A stretch of DNA of 64,000 nucleotides from a virus (lineage: Duplodnaviria; Caudoviricetes), in the IMG/VR virus record IMGVR_UViG_3300009826_000020, positions 1-64,000 of that record. One strand, given 5' to 3'. The notes beneath the pieces were generated by a model. The model was not told the origin of the DNA. It was given only the letters and a program-made list of their open reading frames with translations, and did no database searches. Positions 1 to 9,796 of the stretch are shown piece by piece (the first letter of the stretch is position 1; every line of letters starts with the position of its first letter). The translations under genes and the position numbers were made by a program.

Positions 1-16
1 CCCGAAAGAAGACATC

Positions 17-874
17 ATGACCGAGCCGAAAGGCCCCAGTGTCCGTATCGAGCAGGTAGGCCCGAGGCTGGCCGATAAATGGCTCGGCACCCAGGAGAGG
101 AATCGCTCACTCAGAGATAGCAGGGTCGAATGGCTCGTCGCCATCATCGACCGGGGTGAGTGGAAGCTCACGAACGACGCTATTTCGTTTGACATCGGCG
201 GGCATCTGCTCAATGGTCAGCACCGGCTGACGGCAATTGTCGTAGCCGATGCGACTGTCCCTCTGATTGTCCTGCGGGGCCTTGAGCCTGAAGTGCAGGA
301 CGTGATGGATTCCGGCCTGGTCAGAAAGACCAGTGACGCCCTCAAGCTGAGGGGGGAATCGAATGTATTCGTTCTGGCGGCGGCGCTGCGGTGGGAGCAC
401 AAGCTCCGTTATATCGAAAATCAGGATGAGGGAGCGCCCATCCATTACGGCGGCGCAGAGGATCGTCCGACCACGCCTCACCTTCTCTCTATCTTTGAGG
501 AGGACGAAGACGGATGGCGACACATGGTGAAGATCTGCGCCACGCCCCTCAATAAGCTCGGATTCCGGGCCGGGGTTTCGGTCGCCCTTTTCCGCCGGTT
601 CTGGGTCATTGACCCCGAGGACGCCGCCTATTTCTACGAACATCTGGTGTCGGGCGAGAACCTGGGCAAGAATGACCCCATCCTCCAGTTACGGGAGCAG
701 TTGTCGAAGACCGAGAGCCGCCGCCGCCGGATCGGTATGCGGATGCCCGACTACCGTGAAGCGGCGCTCGTCTGCAAGGCGTGGAATCTCTATCGGGACG
801 GTGACCGCCGCCAGAATCTCTCCTGGCATTATGGGGGATCCGGCCCCCGAGAGAATTTTCCCCTGCCCCGATGA
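17..874 (+). CDS. ParB/Srx-superfamily (DGQHR-type) DNA-binding/partition-like protein
   Basis: NRSL..RVEWL...GEWKLTNDAISFD...LLNGQHRLTAIV motif, typical of actinophage ParB-like proteins (NGQHR variant). Confidence 0.7.
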   Translation: MTEPKGPSVRIEQVGPRLADKWLGTQERNRSLRDSRVEWLVAIIDRGEWKLTNDAISFDIGGHLLNGQHRLTAIVVADATVPLIVLRGLEPEVQDVMDSGLVRKTSDALKLRGESNVFVLAAALRWEHKLRYIENQDEGAPIHYGGAEDRPTTPHLLSIFEEDEDGWRHMVKICATPLNKLGFRAGVSVALFRRFWVIDPEDAAYFYEHLVSGENLGKNDPILQLREQLSKTESRRRRIGMRMPDYREAALVCKAWNLYRDGDRRQNLSWHYGGSGPRENFPLPR

Positions 875-1041
875 ACCTCGTTATTTTCCGCCATGGATCG
901 GACTGGCTGGTGCTCAAAGAAATCACCGACCACAACCTTGATGGTGACGAGCGTACCTACTTCATCAGACTGGCACATTGTTACAGCTACGACGATGCGA
1001 AGAAGATCGTTGACGCAATGATGCTGAGCGGGCTGGCATGA
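871..1041 (+). CDS. hypothetical protein (56 aa)
   Basis: read by hand: MNLVIFRHGSDWLVLKEITD...; ATGA overlaps at both ends. Confidence 0.6.
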   Translation: MNLVIFRHGSDWLVLKEITDHNLDGDERTYFIRLAHCYSYDDAKKIVDAMMLSGLA

Positions 1042-1199
1042 GGATGCCCTTCCAGAAGCTCATGGAGCAGGTCGAAGCCCTTGGCCCTTTTCCTGACGTG
1101 ACTATGGGTGAATTGTCGGAGCGGTGGGGAGAGGAACCCTTGCGAATCATGGACGCCGTCACCGCCGTTCGGTGCTGCATGGGGAGCGGACGTACATAA
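1038..1199 (+). CDS. hypothetical protein (53 aa)
   Basis: read by hand: MRMPFQKLMEQVEALGPFPDVTMGELSERW...; ATGA overlap with upstream ORF. Confidence 0.55.
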   Translation: MRMPFQKLMEQVEALGPFPDVTMGELSERWGEEPLRIMDAVTAVRCCMGSGRT

Positions 1200-1208
1200 G
1201 CTTGGAGC

Positions 1209-1682
1209 ATGACCGTTGAGGTCACCCTCGACACCCTCTGCACGATCCTCGAAGAGGCTGCAGGAGAGCTTCGCATCGAGGAGCTAGCCGCCCAGTTGAT
1301 CGAGGGGCTTGCGCTCCTGGGCGATGACCTGCTAGACCACCTGGACCCACCGCTGGGGCTGAAAACCTGGCTGTCTGCCCACGGCCTTTCCTTGGTCGAG
1401 ACGAGGAACGTACCGGCCCCGGCGGTGTGGGAGGCCTTGCAGCAGGACGAAGAGGAGGCCGACCTGGAGGAGAAGACGGGGGGCAGTCTCCACCTCCAGG
1501 TTGGCGCATCCATAGAGTACCGTACGGCTCCCTCCGGCCCCCGCAATCAGAGCTATATGGGATCCGGGCGGATCGTGCAATTACTGCGAGCCGGTGACGA
1601 GGATTGTGTGCTGGTGGAAATAGGGCCGAACCAGGAGATCATGATCAATCTCGCCACCGACTTTATTCGCCCTCTGAACTAG
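1209..1682 (+). CDS. hypothetical protein
   Basis: 157-aa ORF; TAAGCT hexamer 6 nt upstream of ATG. Confidence 0.6.
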   Translation: MTVEVTLDTLCTILEEAAGELRIEELAAQLIEGLALLGDDLLDHLDPPLGLKTWLSAHGLSLVETRNVPAPAVWEALQQDEEEADLEEKTGGSLHLQVGASIEYRTAPSGPRNQSYMGSGRIVQLLRAGDEDCVLVEIGPNQEIMINLATDFIRPLN

Positions 1683-1884
1683 TCTCCTCCCGCACGAACC
1701 GCTGGAGATCCTCGATGGAAAACATCGTGCGTCGGCCCAATTTGATTGGATGGAGTTTCCCCTGGGTCACCAGCCGCTGCAGCAGGCCGACGCTGATCCC
1801 GCCCAAAACCTTGGCGGCTGCTTCGGCACTGTAGAGCAGTGGTTCGGGGTCCTCCTCATCGTCATAGGGGGACCTCTCGGGCAT
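1663..1884 (-). CDS. excisionase-like helix-turn-helix DNA-binding protein
   Basis: LLYSAEAAAKVLGGISVGLLQRLVTQGKLHPIKLGRRTMFSIEDLQRFV matches the HTH_17/Xis pattern. Confidence 0.75.
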   Translation of the reverse strand: MPERSPYDDEEDPEPLLYSAEAAAKVLGGISVGLLQRLVTQGKLHPIKLGRRTMFSIEDLQRFVREETSSEGE

Positions 1885-2858
1885 CAGCGAGCCAGGCGGC
1901 GTGCCGGTGCAGGCCTATCCTCCTCGTCGGGCTTGGCTGGCTCGGGCGGGGTCAGGTTGAACGCCACGCCCTCCAGGCCCTGCAGGAAGTGCGTTGCCCA
2001 CAGGTCCAGTCCATCGATGAGGTTGGCCGTAAAGCCGCCCAGAACGCCCTGTAGGGCCTCCAGGTCCACCAGGGTGGTGGGTGTAGCTCCGAGAGCTTCT
2101 GTGCCCCTCCCTGGTGTTGCAGGACCCTGTGTGGTGGCTTCTGGGCTGTCCTCGGCCTCAAGGATCGCCTGGATCATGTTCTCCCGGGCCTTCCTCGGTG
2201 CCAGGCCCATGCCGGTGGCGATGTCCTTGACGTCGGCGTGGGAGAGCTTCTCAAGCTGGGCACGGGTGTGGGCGTGGGTCAATTCTGCCGTTGCCGCCGG
2301 GACCTCTTCCTCTTCAGCCTCGTCCTCTGGCTGCTCGGCTTCCTCGTCGTCTTCGTCCTCGTCCTCTGGCTCAGGCTCTTCCTGGGTGCCGGTCTCCTCG
2401 AAGGCGAGCACATGCCCGCCCGCCTTCAGGTCCCGCACCTCGATCCCGGCGTCGATAAACCGACCGGCGATGTCGTTCAATTCCTCCCGCTCATCGTCCC
2501 AGAGCACCATGAGGGTCGATTTGGGCAAGGCGTCGACCAGAATCGCCTCCATCTGCGTCCAGATATCGGGGACGGTATAGGTCTTGGTGGCGGATTGCGA
2601 TACCTCGATCATCGCCCGTTTGGTGATACTGCCCGTGGAGACGACCTCATAGGCGATCTTCGAGGCCTGGGCCATTGTGACCAACTCGTGCATCGAGTCT
2701 GAGAATTCCTCAGAGGTCAGGGGGAAAACGAACCGCACCGGGTCATCGGGGCTGGCGGCGCTGTTCAGGTACTCCTCAATGACCGTGGTGGCGGGGTCGA
2801 CCTTCATCTCGCCCGTGCCCAGGAATCCAATCGTGACACCCTCGGACCTTCTCGGCAT
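1884..2858 (-). CDS. hypothetical protein: Rossmann-like N-terminus, acidic tract, Rho-N/HeH-like module
   Basis: IGFLGTG start; EPEPEDEDEDDEE tract; RAQLEKLSHADVKDIATGMGL...RENMIQAILEAE; GGAGG SD. Confidence 0.6.
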   Translation of the reverse strand: MPRRSEGVTIGFLGTGEMKVDPATTVIEEYLNSAASPDDPVRFVFPLTSEEFSDSMHELVTMAQASKIAYEVVSTGSITKRAMIEVSQSATKTYTVPDIWTQMEAILVDALPKSTLMVLWDDEREELNDIAGRFIDAGIEVRDLKAGGHVLAFEETGTQEEPEPEDEDEDDEEAEQPEDEAEEEEVPAATAELTHAHTRAQLEKLSHADVKDIATGMGLAPRKARENMIQAILEAEDSPEATTQGPATPGRGTEALGATPTTLVDLEALQGVLGGFTANLIDGLDLWATHFLQGLEGVAFNLTPPEPAKPDEEDRPAPARRLAR

Positions 2859-2957
2859 GTGACCTCCCTTGGAGACTTTCGGTGGTCACATAGGAGCACA
2901 CTCCATCACTGAGCGTGTGCCCGTGGGGAAAGTTTTCCTAGCGAACGTAGGAATGGC

Positions 2958-2992
2958 GAAGGCCCTCCCCTTAGACCAGGAGGAGGGCCTTC
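2958..2992. terminator. GC-rich hairpin, terminator-like
   Basis: GAAGGCCCTCC / GGAGGGCCTTC 11-bp stem with 13-nt loop in an intergenic gap; no clear U-tract. Confidence 0.45.
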
Positions 2993-3063
2993 TAAATGCT
3001 CCCGAACGGCTGGACACTTCTCGTTGGAGGCGTCGTCACCATAACACGGGTACTACCTCTTGT

Positions 3064-3366
3064 CTAGCGCCTTCTCGCTCGGCTCTTCTCCAGTACCTCA
3101 GTGGCGAGACGGTCACGGTAGTGCCGTAGGCACGTATCGACGGCGTGGGCGAGCATGGAAATCCCGGCGGCACCAGCAATGACCAGCACTTCTGTTCTGA
3201 TGTGCTCGTGCAGGACCAGGATCCCGCCCACGGCGCAGATCACAATATTGAGTGCTGCTTTAAACCATGGTGCCTGATAAACCCCCATCCTGGCTGCGAC
3301 CTCCTTCCATAGCTCGGTGAGTCTGGTCGCCCCGAGGCCGAGCAGCAGAGCGTAGAGCGCTACCAC
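3064..3366 (-). CDS. membrane protein (holin-like topology)
   Basis: three hydrophobic segments and basic C-terminus; GTG start at 3366 overlaps upstream stop (ORF track starts at 3441). Confidence 0.6.
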   Translation of the reverse strand: MVALYALLLGLGATRLTELWKEVAARMGVYQAPWFKAALNIVICAVGGILVLHEHIRTEVLVIAGAAGISMLAHAVDTCLRHYRDRLATEVLEKSRARRR

Positions 3367-4004
3367 AGGGTGGGATCGAGGGGTGGCATCACCGATCCTG
3401 CCATGTAGGTGACCGAATACGTGGTCGAGAGGGGGATCCAACGGTAGATCTCGCTGTTGATCCTGGCGAGTCGCTTGGACCGACCCGGGAAGTAATAGGC
3501 AGCACCCGTGACCGGGTCCTGCAGGTAGTCACCCGTGCTCATGTTGATCGTGGTTCCGTCCATGAACGGTGGCATCGATACCGTGGGACTCAACATAGCC
3601 GAGTTCAGCAGGAAATTGCCCTGTGGGGCAAGGGGAAAGCGCACGAACGGGAACATCTGGTTGGGGAATTCGCCCGTTAAGGGCCGCTGGGGCGGTTCGC
3701 TCAGGTAATCGTTGCTGCCGTCCGCAGGGGATATGGCATATCGCTCGTAGTCGGTGGTCAGGTTGTAGTTGGTCGACGTCTCAACCCAGGTGCCATCTGA
3801 GTAATACCAGCGGAACCCGAGCGTCATCACGGCAAGAGAGGGGTCGAGGATCGACAGGTATTTGGCGTAGACGCTGAAATTGAACGGCTGCCCCTGGGAG
3901 ACGTTGTACGGGGCGACGTTGCAGTTGAAGGGCGGCTGTGCGCCCGGAGGGAACCAGATCCCGCCAACGATCTCCTGGCTGACGCTGAAATAGTCACCCG
4001 GCAC
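3360..4004 (-). CDS. baseplate/tail protein; looks like the C-terminal half of the gpI-like protein at 40350-42478
   Basis: beta-sandwich remainder (QGQPFNFSVYAKY...LGFRWY) ending in YYFPGRSKRLARI...RWIPLSTTYSVTY, the kind of C-terminus seen in gpI-like baseplate proteins. Confidence 0.6.
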   Translation of the reverse strand: MPGDYFSVSQEIVGGIWFPPGAQPPFNCNVAPYNVSQGQPFNFSVYAKYLSILDPSLAVMTLGFRWYYSDGTWVETSTNYNLTTDYERYAISPADGSNDYLSEPPQRPLTGEFPNQMFPFVRFPLAPQGNFLLNSAMLSPTVSMPPFMDGTTINMSTGDYLQDPVTGAAYYFPGRSKRLARINSEIYRWIPLSTTYSVTYMAGSVMPPLDPTLW

Positions 4005-4008
4005 GGGC

Positions 4009-4392
4009 CTACCTCAGCTTTTTTGCATAAGCACCGGCTGCGATGGTGAAGGTATCGCCCAGGTTCACGGGCTTGGGTGTGGCCAGTTCCCCGAACCATC
4101 TTCGTACGGGGGTGGGGGCCGAGTCCCACTCCTCAACCCCCACCACGATGCAATCGGGCATGTTCACCCAGGCCAGGGTCTCGTTGGTGACGATGACCTC
4201 ATCGGCGGGGTAGGCGAAGGTCACGTCCTGCCGGGTGTAATCGCCGCCCTCCACCTCCTCCCCCTCGGTTGTCTTCGTGCCCATGACGGTCACCAGACCC
4301 ACCTTGATCGGAAGGACAGGGGCCGGGTACTCGATGAGGCCGACCTGAGCCGCCAGGATCGAATTCGACTCGACCATCGTTAAATTTGGCAT
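4009..4392 (-). CDS. small virion (tail-fibre-associated) protein
   Basis: EVEGGDYTRQDVTF...FGELATPKPVNLGDTFTIAAG pattern; likely start MPNL at 4392. Confidence 0.65.
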   Translation of the reverse strand: MPNLTMVESNSILAAQVGLIEYPAPVLPIKVGLVTVMGTKTTEGEEVEGGDYTRQDVTFAYPADEVIVTNETLAWVNMPDCIVVGVEEWDSAPTPVRRWFGELATPKPVNLGDTFTIAAGAYAKKLR

Positions 4393-4589
4393 GCGTTCAC
4401 CCTTTCGATGCACAGAGGACACCCGTCATCTGCACAACAGGCGAAGTGCTTTGTTAGCGTGACGTCATCCTCGATGACCTGGATATGGCGGGGCAGGTCA
4501 TCGAGGCGTCCACATTTATCACAGGGACGGAGCAGTGCCCCCCGTATCCCCAGGGCTACTGCTCTCCCTCTCCCGCAGTACTCGCACAT
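4380..4589 (-). CDS. Cys-rich small protein
   Basis: CxxC, CxxC, CC..CxxC; TAATCT 6 nt upstream of ATG. Confidence 0.5.
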   Translation of the reverse strand: MCEYCGRGRAVALGIRGALLRPCDKCGRLDDLPRHIQVIEDDVTLTKHFACCADDGCPLCIERVNACQI

Positions 4590-4598
4590 GACATCAGA

Positions 4599-5129
4599 TT
4601 AGTGGTAAATCACTCCTCGGCTCTCCAGCCACCGGTACAGATGCTGATTGACTTTGTACCGATGGCCCCGCAAAAAGGTCATGGGCGGGTTGCTTGCCCC
4701 GTAGGTCATCTGCTCGATGTCGGTGTTCACCCGGATGATACGAAGCTCGCCCTCGACCGAGACGGGTCCCTCGACTTCCTGCACCTCATGAGGATTCCGG
4801 TATGGCGCAGGGGGCCGCTGCTGTGTTTCAGGTGTCTGGAGGTTTTTCATCGGGTCATACCCGGGCACAACCTCAGTCGGATCGAGGATAGGGTCTTCCT
4901 CGACTGACACGGGTTCGTTCAATGCCTCGATTTTCGCAGCCGCCTCTGAGGGCATCTCAATGACCTGGCCGGTAGCTGGATCGAAAATGCCCTCTTCTTC
5001 GGTTACGACATCGACCTGGTTGACGAGGCCAACTTCCTTCTGTCGCTGTGCCAACTCTTCGGCATTTTCCTCAGCCAGGTGCTGTCGCTGCCGCCCGGTG
5101 AAGTCCCCCTGCTGTGGTCCTCTGGGCAT
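4599..5129 (-). CDS. conserved capsid-operon protein
   Basis: 176-aa ORF just downstream of the capsid gene; C-terminal IIRVNTDIEQMTYG...FLRGHRYKV motif. Confidence 0.65.
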   Translation of the reverse strand: MPRGPQQGDFTGRQRQHLAEENAEELAQRQKEVGLVNQVDVVTEEEGIFDPATGQVIEMPSEAAAKIEALNEPVSVEEDPILDPTEVVPGYDPMKNLQTPETQQRPPAPYRNPHEVQEVEGPVSVEGELRIIRVNTDIEQMTYGASNPPMTFLRGHRYKVNQHLYRWLESRGVIYH

Positions 5130-5329
5130 TATCGGTTGTGCCTCCCACGGGCTGTCAGGCTATTGATGACTGCCTGTTTGTACTGAGCGGGTGTGAGTCC
5201 CATACCTTCACCAGGTTCCATACTGAGGACGTCGTTCAAGCCCTCCTGGGCCACAGACGGATAGGGACGACGACCTGTCTCGGGTGCGTCTATTTCGGCG
5301 TAGCCTTTTCTCTGAATCCTTCGTGGCAT
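5129..5329 (-). CDS. hypothetical protein
   Basis: 66-aa ORF coupled between the capsid gene and the next gene. Confidence 0.55.
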   Translation of the reverse strand: MPRRIQRKGYAEIDAPETGRRPYPSVAQEGLNDVLSMEPGEGMGLTPAQYKQAVINSLTARGRHNR

Positions 5330-5335
5330 GGTACG

Positions 5336-6358
5336 TTAATTGGTAAATGCCAAAACGATGCTCTGATCAGTGATCAGCCCAAATCCCCATATTGCATACC
5401 AGCACAGGGCGTGCTCACGTCCGAAGTCCAAAACCCCACCATCACGCAATTCGACCGGTAGCGCAATGGCATGGCCGTAGGCGTTGTCGCCCAGGTAAAT
5501 GGCACAGTGGGTCACACCGGCATTTCCGTAGCTGGTGGCCGGGATCGTGACCGGGCCGTCGCCGGGGGCGAATTGGCGTACCTGGGTCGTCTCGATGTAG
5601 ACGACGTCGTTCAGCCGCCCGATTTCCCCGATCATGAAGTTGCCGGGTGCGGCGTACTTCGTGACCTCTATGAATTCCGGGTTGTCACGCAGACGCCGTG
5701 ACTGGTGAGGGTCAATGAAGCAGACGTAGGTCTCACCGATGCGGGGGACGTTCTTGGTCGCCAGGGTCTCGACGGCATCTTTGGTGACATTGACCGAGAA
5801 GTAATACTCGCCCGCCAGATCGTCGTAGCTCGTGGCCACGTCGCCTGGATCGTAGTAGAGCAGGGAGTTCGTGGGCGTGGTATTGCGGGGCCAGTTGTAG
5901 CCGAAAATCACCGAGGATGCCTGCATGAGGGTATCTCGGGCGGATCCGTCGAGGTATTTGGCCATATTGCGCCCGAGGAGACGGGAGGACGAGGCCATCA
6001 CGTCATCGAAGGAGGAATTGAGCAGTAGCTCGGATACTGAAACGGCGTACCCCTGCTCGGCCACGGTGATGGCGTACTGGCTGGCCGTGAGGGCAGCGGT
6101 CTGCATGCGGACACCTTCAACCAATTGGGTCGCATCGCCCAGGTTGTTATAGCGCATGAAGTTGATCTGGAGTCCGGGCTGAATCCCCAACTCTGTCTTC
6201 TTCACGGCGAACTGCTCGAAGCGCAGCACAGGCATGGACTGGAAGAGGATTTCCTTCGACCAGATGACCTGAATTGCGGGCGACAACTGTGAGTTCGTTC
6301 CGGCATACCCAGTGGGCGAAGCGCTCAGTAGCGGGGTGCCAGTAATTGCGGATGGCAT
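5336..6358 (-). CDS. major capsid protein (N4-gp56 family)
   Basis: LSPAIQVIWSKEILFQSMPVLRFEQFAVKKTELG...VELRDGGVLDFGREHALCWYAIWG; follows scaffold and portal. Confidence 0.92.
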   Translation of the reverse strand: MPSAITGTPLLSASPTGYAGTNSQLSPAIQVIWSKEILFQSMPVLRFEQFAVKKTELGIQPGLQINFMRYNNLGDATQLVEGVRMQTAALTASQYAITVAEQGYAVSVSELLLNSSFDDVMASSSRLLGRNMAKYLDGSARDTLMQASSVIFGYNWPRNTTPTNSLLYYDPGDVATSYDDLAGEYYFSVNVTKDAVETLATKNVPRIGETYVCFIDPHQSRRLRDNPEFIEVTKYAAPGNFMIGEIGRLNDVVYIETTQVRQFAPGDGPVTIPATSYGNAGVTHCAIYLGDNAYGHAIALPVELRDGGVLDFGREHALCWYAIWGFGLITDQSIVLAFTN

Positions 6359-6389
6359 ACTGCCGTAACCTCCTGATTATTTAACGGTG

Positions 6390-7187
6390 CTACCTCTGCG
6401 GTCGCCTGCTCTGTGATGCTGCACGGAGAAGGGGTTCACGCACTTGAGCGTACTCTTCGGGCGACATCGCCTTGAGTTCATCTGATGTATATGTGCGTGA
6501 CGACTCACTCGCCTCCATAGGCCCTATGGGGGGTGCAGTCACACCTGCAGTCGGCCTGGTGCTGTTCACCTGCCGATAACCATTCACCACGTTGGTCATC
6601 AGCAACTGTGATTTTTCCATCAGAAGATTTATGGATGCGTCGATCTCCTCCTGGGAATTCCCTGCGACGAGATCCCGTAGCTCAGGAGTGATCTGGTCAC
6701 CCACCTCTGCCATTCGCTGGGCAAGGTAGGTCTGGAGGGAGGCATGGCGGCGCTCCTGGTCCAGTACTGCCAAGGCCTGCTCACGAGCTTGACGCTCCTC
6801 TTGTAAGCGGGCCTCCCACTCCGCATCCTTTCTGGCAATAAGGTCACGGAGTTCCATTTCTTCTTCTTCTTTTTTCTTCGCCGCCTTTTCGGCGTCTCGC
6901 TGGGCCTTGGCCTCGGCCTTGACCCGATCATCCTCTACCTGGCGATATCGGGCCAGTTCTGCATCGAGGGCGTCGGCACGCTCCATCTCCTTGGTGTAGC
7001 GGTTGCGCTCCTCATTGCGGATCCGGTCGATGTCCTCCTGGCTGAACACCTGAGGCTCTGCGCCGGTACGTTGCTGGCGTCCCCTCCCCTGGGGGGCCTC
7101 TTCTTCCTGGGCGGGAATGGTGATCGTGTCAGGTGGCTGTTCCTCCTGCTCACCTTCGGGGGGAATCTCTGGTTCGGTGGTGGTCAT
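6390..7187 (-). CDS. capsid scaffolding protein
   Basis: acidic coiled-coil between portal and capsid; C-terminal ELKAMSPEEYAQVREPLL. Confidence 0.8.
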   Translation of the reverse strand: MTTTEPEIPPEGEQEEQPPDTITIPAQEEEAPQGRGRQQRTGAEPQVFSQEDIDRIRNEERNRYTKEMERADALDAELARYRQVEDDRVKAEAKAQRDAEKAAKKKEEEEMELRDLIARKDAEWEARLQEERQAREQALAVLDQERRHASLQTYLAQRMAEVGDQITPELRDLVAGNSQEEIDASINLLMEKSQLLMTNVVNGYRQVNSTRPTAGVTAPPIGPMEASESSRTYTSDELKAMSPEEYAQVREPLLRAASQSRRPQR

Positions 7188-8930
7188 TTATCCTCCTGAC
7201 CCCTGGTCTTCTTCTGGGGTTCTCCTCTGTGGCATGGTGGTGCCTTGAGACAGGGTCACTATCCGCTGGAACATCCTGGCGACACCCTTATTGTTGACGA
7301 GGTCGACGCCCGGGAGCGTACCTATTTGCTGACCAGCAGAGTTTACGTCCCCGCCACCGGCAGAGGTTACGCCGCCCCCACCTCCACCCTCGCCGCCCTC
7401 TTCGACAGGCTGGGGGCCAGCCGGGTTCATCATGCCCGTCTGTGCCGCCGTGAATGCAGCTATCTGCGCCCGCAGAAGCTCCAGGGCTGCCTGCTGTTCG
7501 GCGTCGTCCACCAACTCCTTGAACAATTCCTGCAGCTTCTCATCGGGGAATTCCTCGCCCAACTCGACTAGCGCACCACGCTTTGACTCCAGGCCCAGTC
7601 CCATTTTCACCTGTAACTCGTTGAGCACCACCAGCCGGTCCACGGGGAGGGGTGGCTGGAATTTGACCATGTTCTCGTAGGTCTGGGGATCCATTGGGTC
7701 GAGCATGGGCAACTGGTCGTCCCTCAAGGGAGGGTCCCACTCGGGGTTGTAGACGACCGTGTCCGGTTCCTTCATGAAAAGGGTCTTGAGCGCCAGGCGA
7801 TTTACCTCGGACAGACCCTCGCCATACTGGGTTTCCTTCAGGTGGAAGCGGTTCATCAGGGGCTGGTACTGGATGGCCAGAGCGACCCCTGAGGTATTCG
7901 AGATCGCCTGCTCCTCGCCCAGGGCGGTAACGGGTACGCCGGTCATCTCGTGCATAGACCGCTTGAGCGTGTCCAGTAGCTGAATTGCCGACTCGATGCC
8001 CCGGGGGTCCATGAGCAGGCTCTCCACCCTAGCGTCCTTATTGGGGATGCTCCAGGTCTGGTGACTACCTTTTTCCAGGTTGGTCGCCCGGGCACCGATC
8101 ACCACTGTCACGGGGGCGGCGTGGTAATTCACGATGTCGCAGATGTCGGTAGCCGTCTCGTTGTACTGCCGGTTCAGTACGGTGATGTCCTGAATATCCG
8201 GCATGCCCCAGGGGGAAGAGGCGATGGGCATGTTGGCGATATGCACAATGGGGATTTCCCCGAGGGGATTTTCTCGAGAATCTATCAGTTCGTCGTTGAC
8301 GTATTCCTCTATCTGCTGCTCGGTCAATAGCTCGGTGTAGGTGAAGACCTGCCTGGTGCCCTCCTGGGTAGTGCCCCAGAAACGGTACTTGAGCTTGAAC
8401 CGGATCAGCCGCTTGCGGTCATGGGGATGCCATTCAGGGAAGCAGAACGCCGAATTGAGCGGGAGAATCCGCACCCGCCCGGGATGTGGCATGCCAGAGG
8501 GATCCGCCCAGGGTTCCTCATAGGCGACTTTGATGAAAGAGTCGCCCGTGACGGACCCCATGGACCCTATCTCCCAAAGGAGGGATTCCTTCTTGTTGTC
8601 CTTCTCCCATATGCGCTGCAGGCGGGTGGGGATGATGGCAGAGGTGGCATCAGGTGACTGGAATCCTGCCCCTTTGCCGAAGACGAAGTTGGTGGTGAAG
8701 TCACTAAGTGCCCTCACGTAATTGACCGTGAGTTGAGGCTCACCCAGATCCGGCCTCTGTGCCCAGTGATACCCGAGGTAAAACGCCCAGTTCATGGCGT
8801 AGCGGTTCAGCCTGGGGCCGTGTACCTCGAATTCCTCATCAGCTAACTCGACCAGACCCAGGGGGGAGATCTGGATGGTGAGGTCGGAGGAGGCGGCTCT
8901 ATAGCTTGGGGACTGAAACTGGATGCTCAC
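7188..8930 (-). CDS. portal protein (SPP1 gp6-like)
   Basis: 580 aa; GSVTGDSFIKV, NPLGEIPIVHIAN, SGVALAIQYQPL motifs. Confidence 0.9.
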   Translation of the reverse strand: MSIQFQSPSYRAASSDLTIQISPLGLVELADEEFEVHGPRLNRYAMNWAFYLGYHWAQRPDLGEPQLTVNYVRALSDFTTNFVFGKGAGFQSPDATSAIIPTRLQRIWEKDNKKESLLWEIGSMGSVTGDSFIKVAYEEPWADPSGMPHPGRVRILPLNSAFCFPEWHPHDRKRLIRFKLKYRFWGTTQEGTRQVFTYTELLTEQQIEEYVNDELIDSRENPLGEIPIVHIANMPIASSPWGMPDIQDITVLNRQYNETATDICDIVNYHAAPVTVVIGARATNLEKGSHQTWSIPNKDARVESLLMDPRGIESAIQLLDTLKRSMHEMTGVPVTALGEEQAISNTSGVALAIQYQPLMNRFHLKETQYGEGLSEVNRLALKTLFMKEPDTVVYNPEWDPPLRDDQLPMLDPMDPQTYENMVKFQPPLPVDRLVVLNELQVKMGLGLESKRGALVELGEEFPDEKLQELFKELVDDAEQQAALELLRAQIAAFTAAQTGMMNPAGPQPVEEGGEGGGGGGVTSAGGGDVNSAGQQIGTLPGVDLVNNKGVARMFQRIVTLSQGTTMPQRRTPEEDQGSGG

Positions 8931-9796
8931 CCGAAATACATCTCCTCTTGGTCACCCTCGTCTCGCCATCGATCTTCAAGGGTGGACCTCTCCTTGGCAG
9001 GGAAGACCTTGCGAGAAGCCATATAGGTCTTGTAGGCAGTTTCTGCCGGGGGCACCTTATCCCAGTTGTAGGGTCCGAAATACTTAGCAAAGGATTTGGG
9101 ATCACTCTCGTACCCAATCGGCGGTCCTACCTCACGCCCTTTACTGACATTCCGGGGATCGTCACGCCAGTGAGCCTGAGCGTAATCATCGGCAAAGGCT
9201 TCATCCCTGCCACGATGCTCGGCAAGGGCCTGAGATGGTGAGATATTTGGACGATCAGGAGGCAGGGCGTTCTGGTAGTCGGCAGTGGCATGACCCAATT
9301 CATGCATCAGGCCCTGGGCAGCAGATTCGTTGGCCCAATGTGACTCACCCTTGCTATAGCGAGGTTGATTCAGAGATATCCTGCCACCCTCGTCTCCAAA
9401 TTTCTTGGGTGAATACACACCCTCCCCTCGATTGTTGCCTAGCTGGACGTTGACTTTCCTGCCCTCATTGCCGCTTGGATCAATGTCAGCCAGGTTCATG
9501 GTTGAGCGTGCAATGGCTTCATGAACCTGTCGAGGCCCAGCCGGTGTGTCAAATGCCTGTGGACTATCAGGTTTATTGGCCTGGACATCGACGGTAGCCC
9601 TCACCTTTCGCATTCGCTCCGGGGTGTACCCACGGGGGTATCGCACTCTGTCTTCAGGCTTAGGGTCAGTGAAAAATTTGCCCTGAGAGGGTTTCTGTCC
9701 CTGTCCAGGGAAGTATGGGCGCACTGGTCCAGCAGGATTGGCATGGATTCCCTGAGCTTCTGGGAATTGCTGGGTGCTCAGTGCTCGGTGGCTCAT
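8927..9796 (-). CDS. putative zincin metallopeptidase-domain protein
   Basis: GLMHELGHAT (HExxH) followed by DEAFADDYA. Confidence 0.55.
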   Translation of the reverse strand: MSHRALSTQQFPEAQGIHANPAGPVRPYFPGQGQKPSQGKFFTDPKPEDRVRYPRGYTPERMRKVRATVDVQANKPDSPQAFDTPAGPRQVHEAIARSTMNLADIDPSGNEGRKVNVQLGNNRGEGVYSPKKFGDEGGRISLNQPRYSKGESHWANESAAQGLMHELGHATADYQNALPPDRPNISPSQALAEHRGRDEAFADDYAQAHWRDDPRNVSKGREVGPPIGYESDPKSFAKYFGPYNWDKVPPAETAYKTYMASRKVFPAKERSTLEDRWRDEGDQEEMYFG

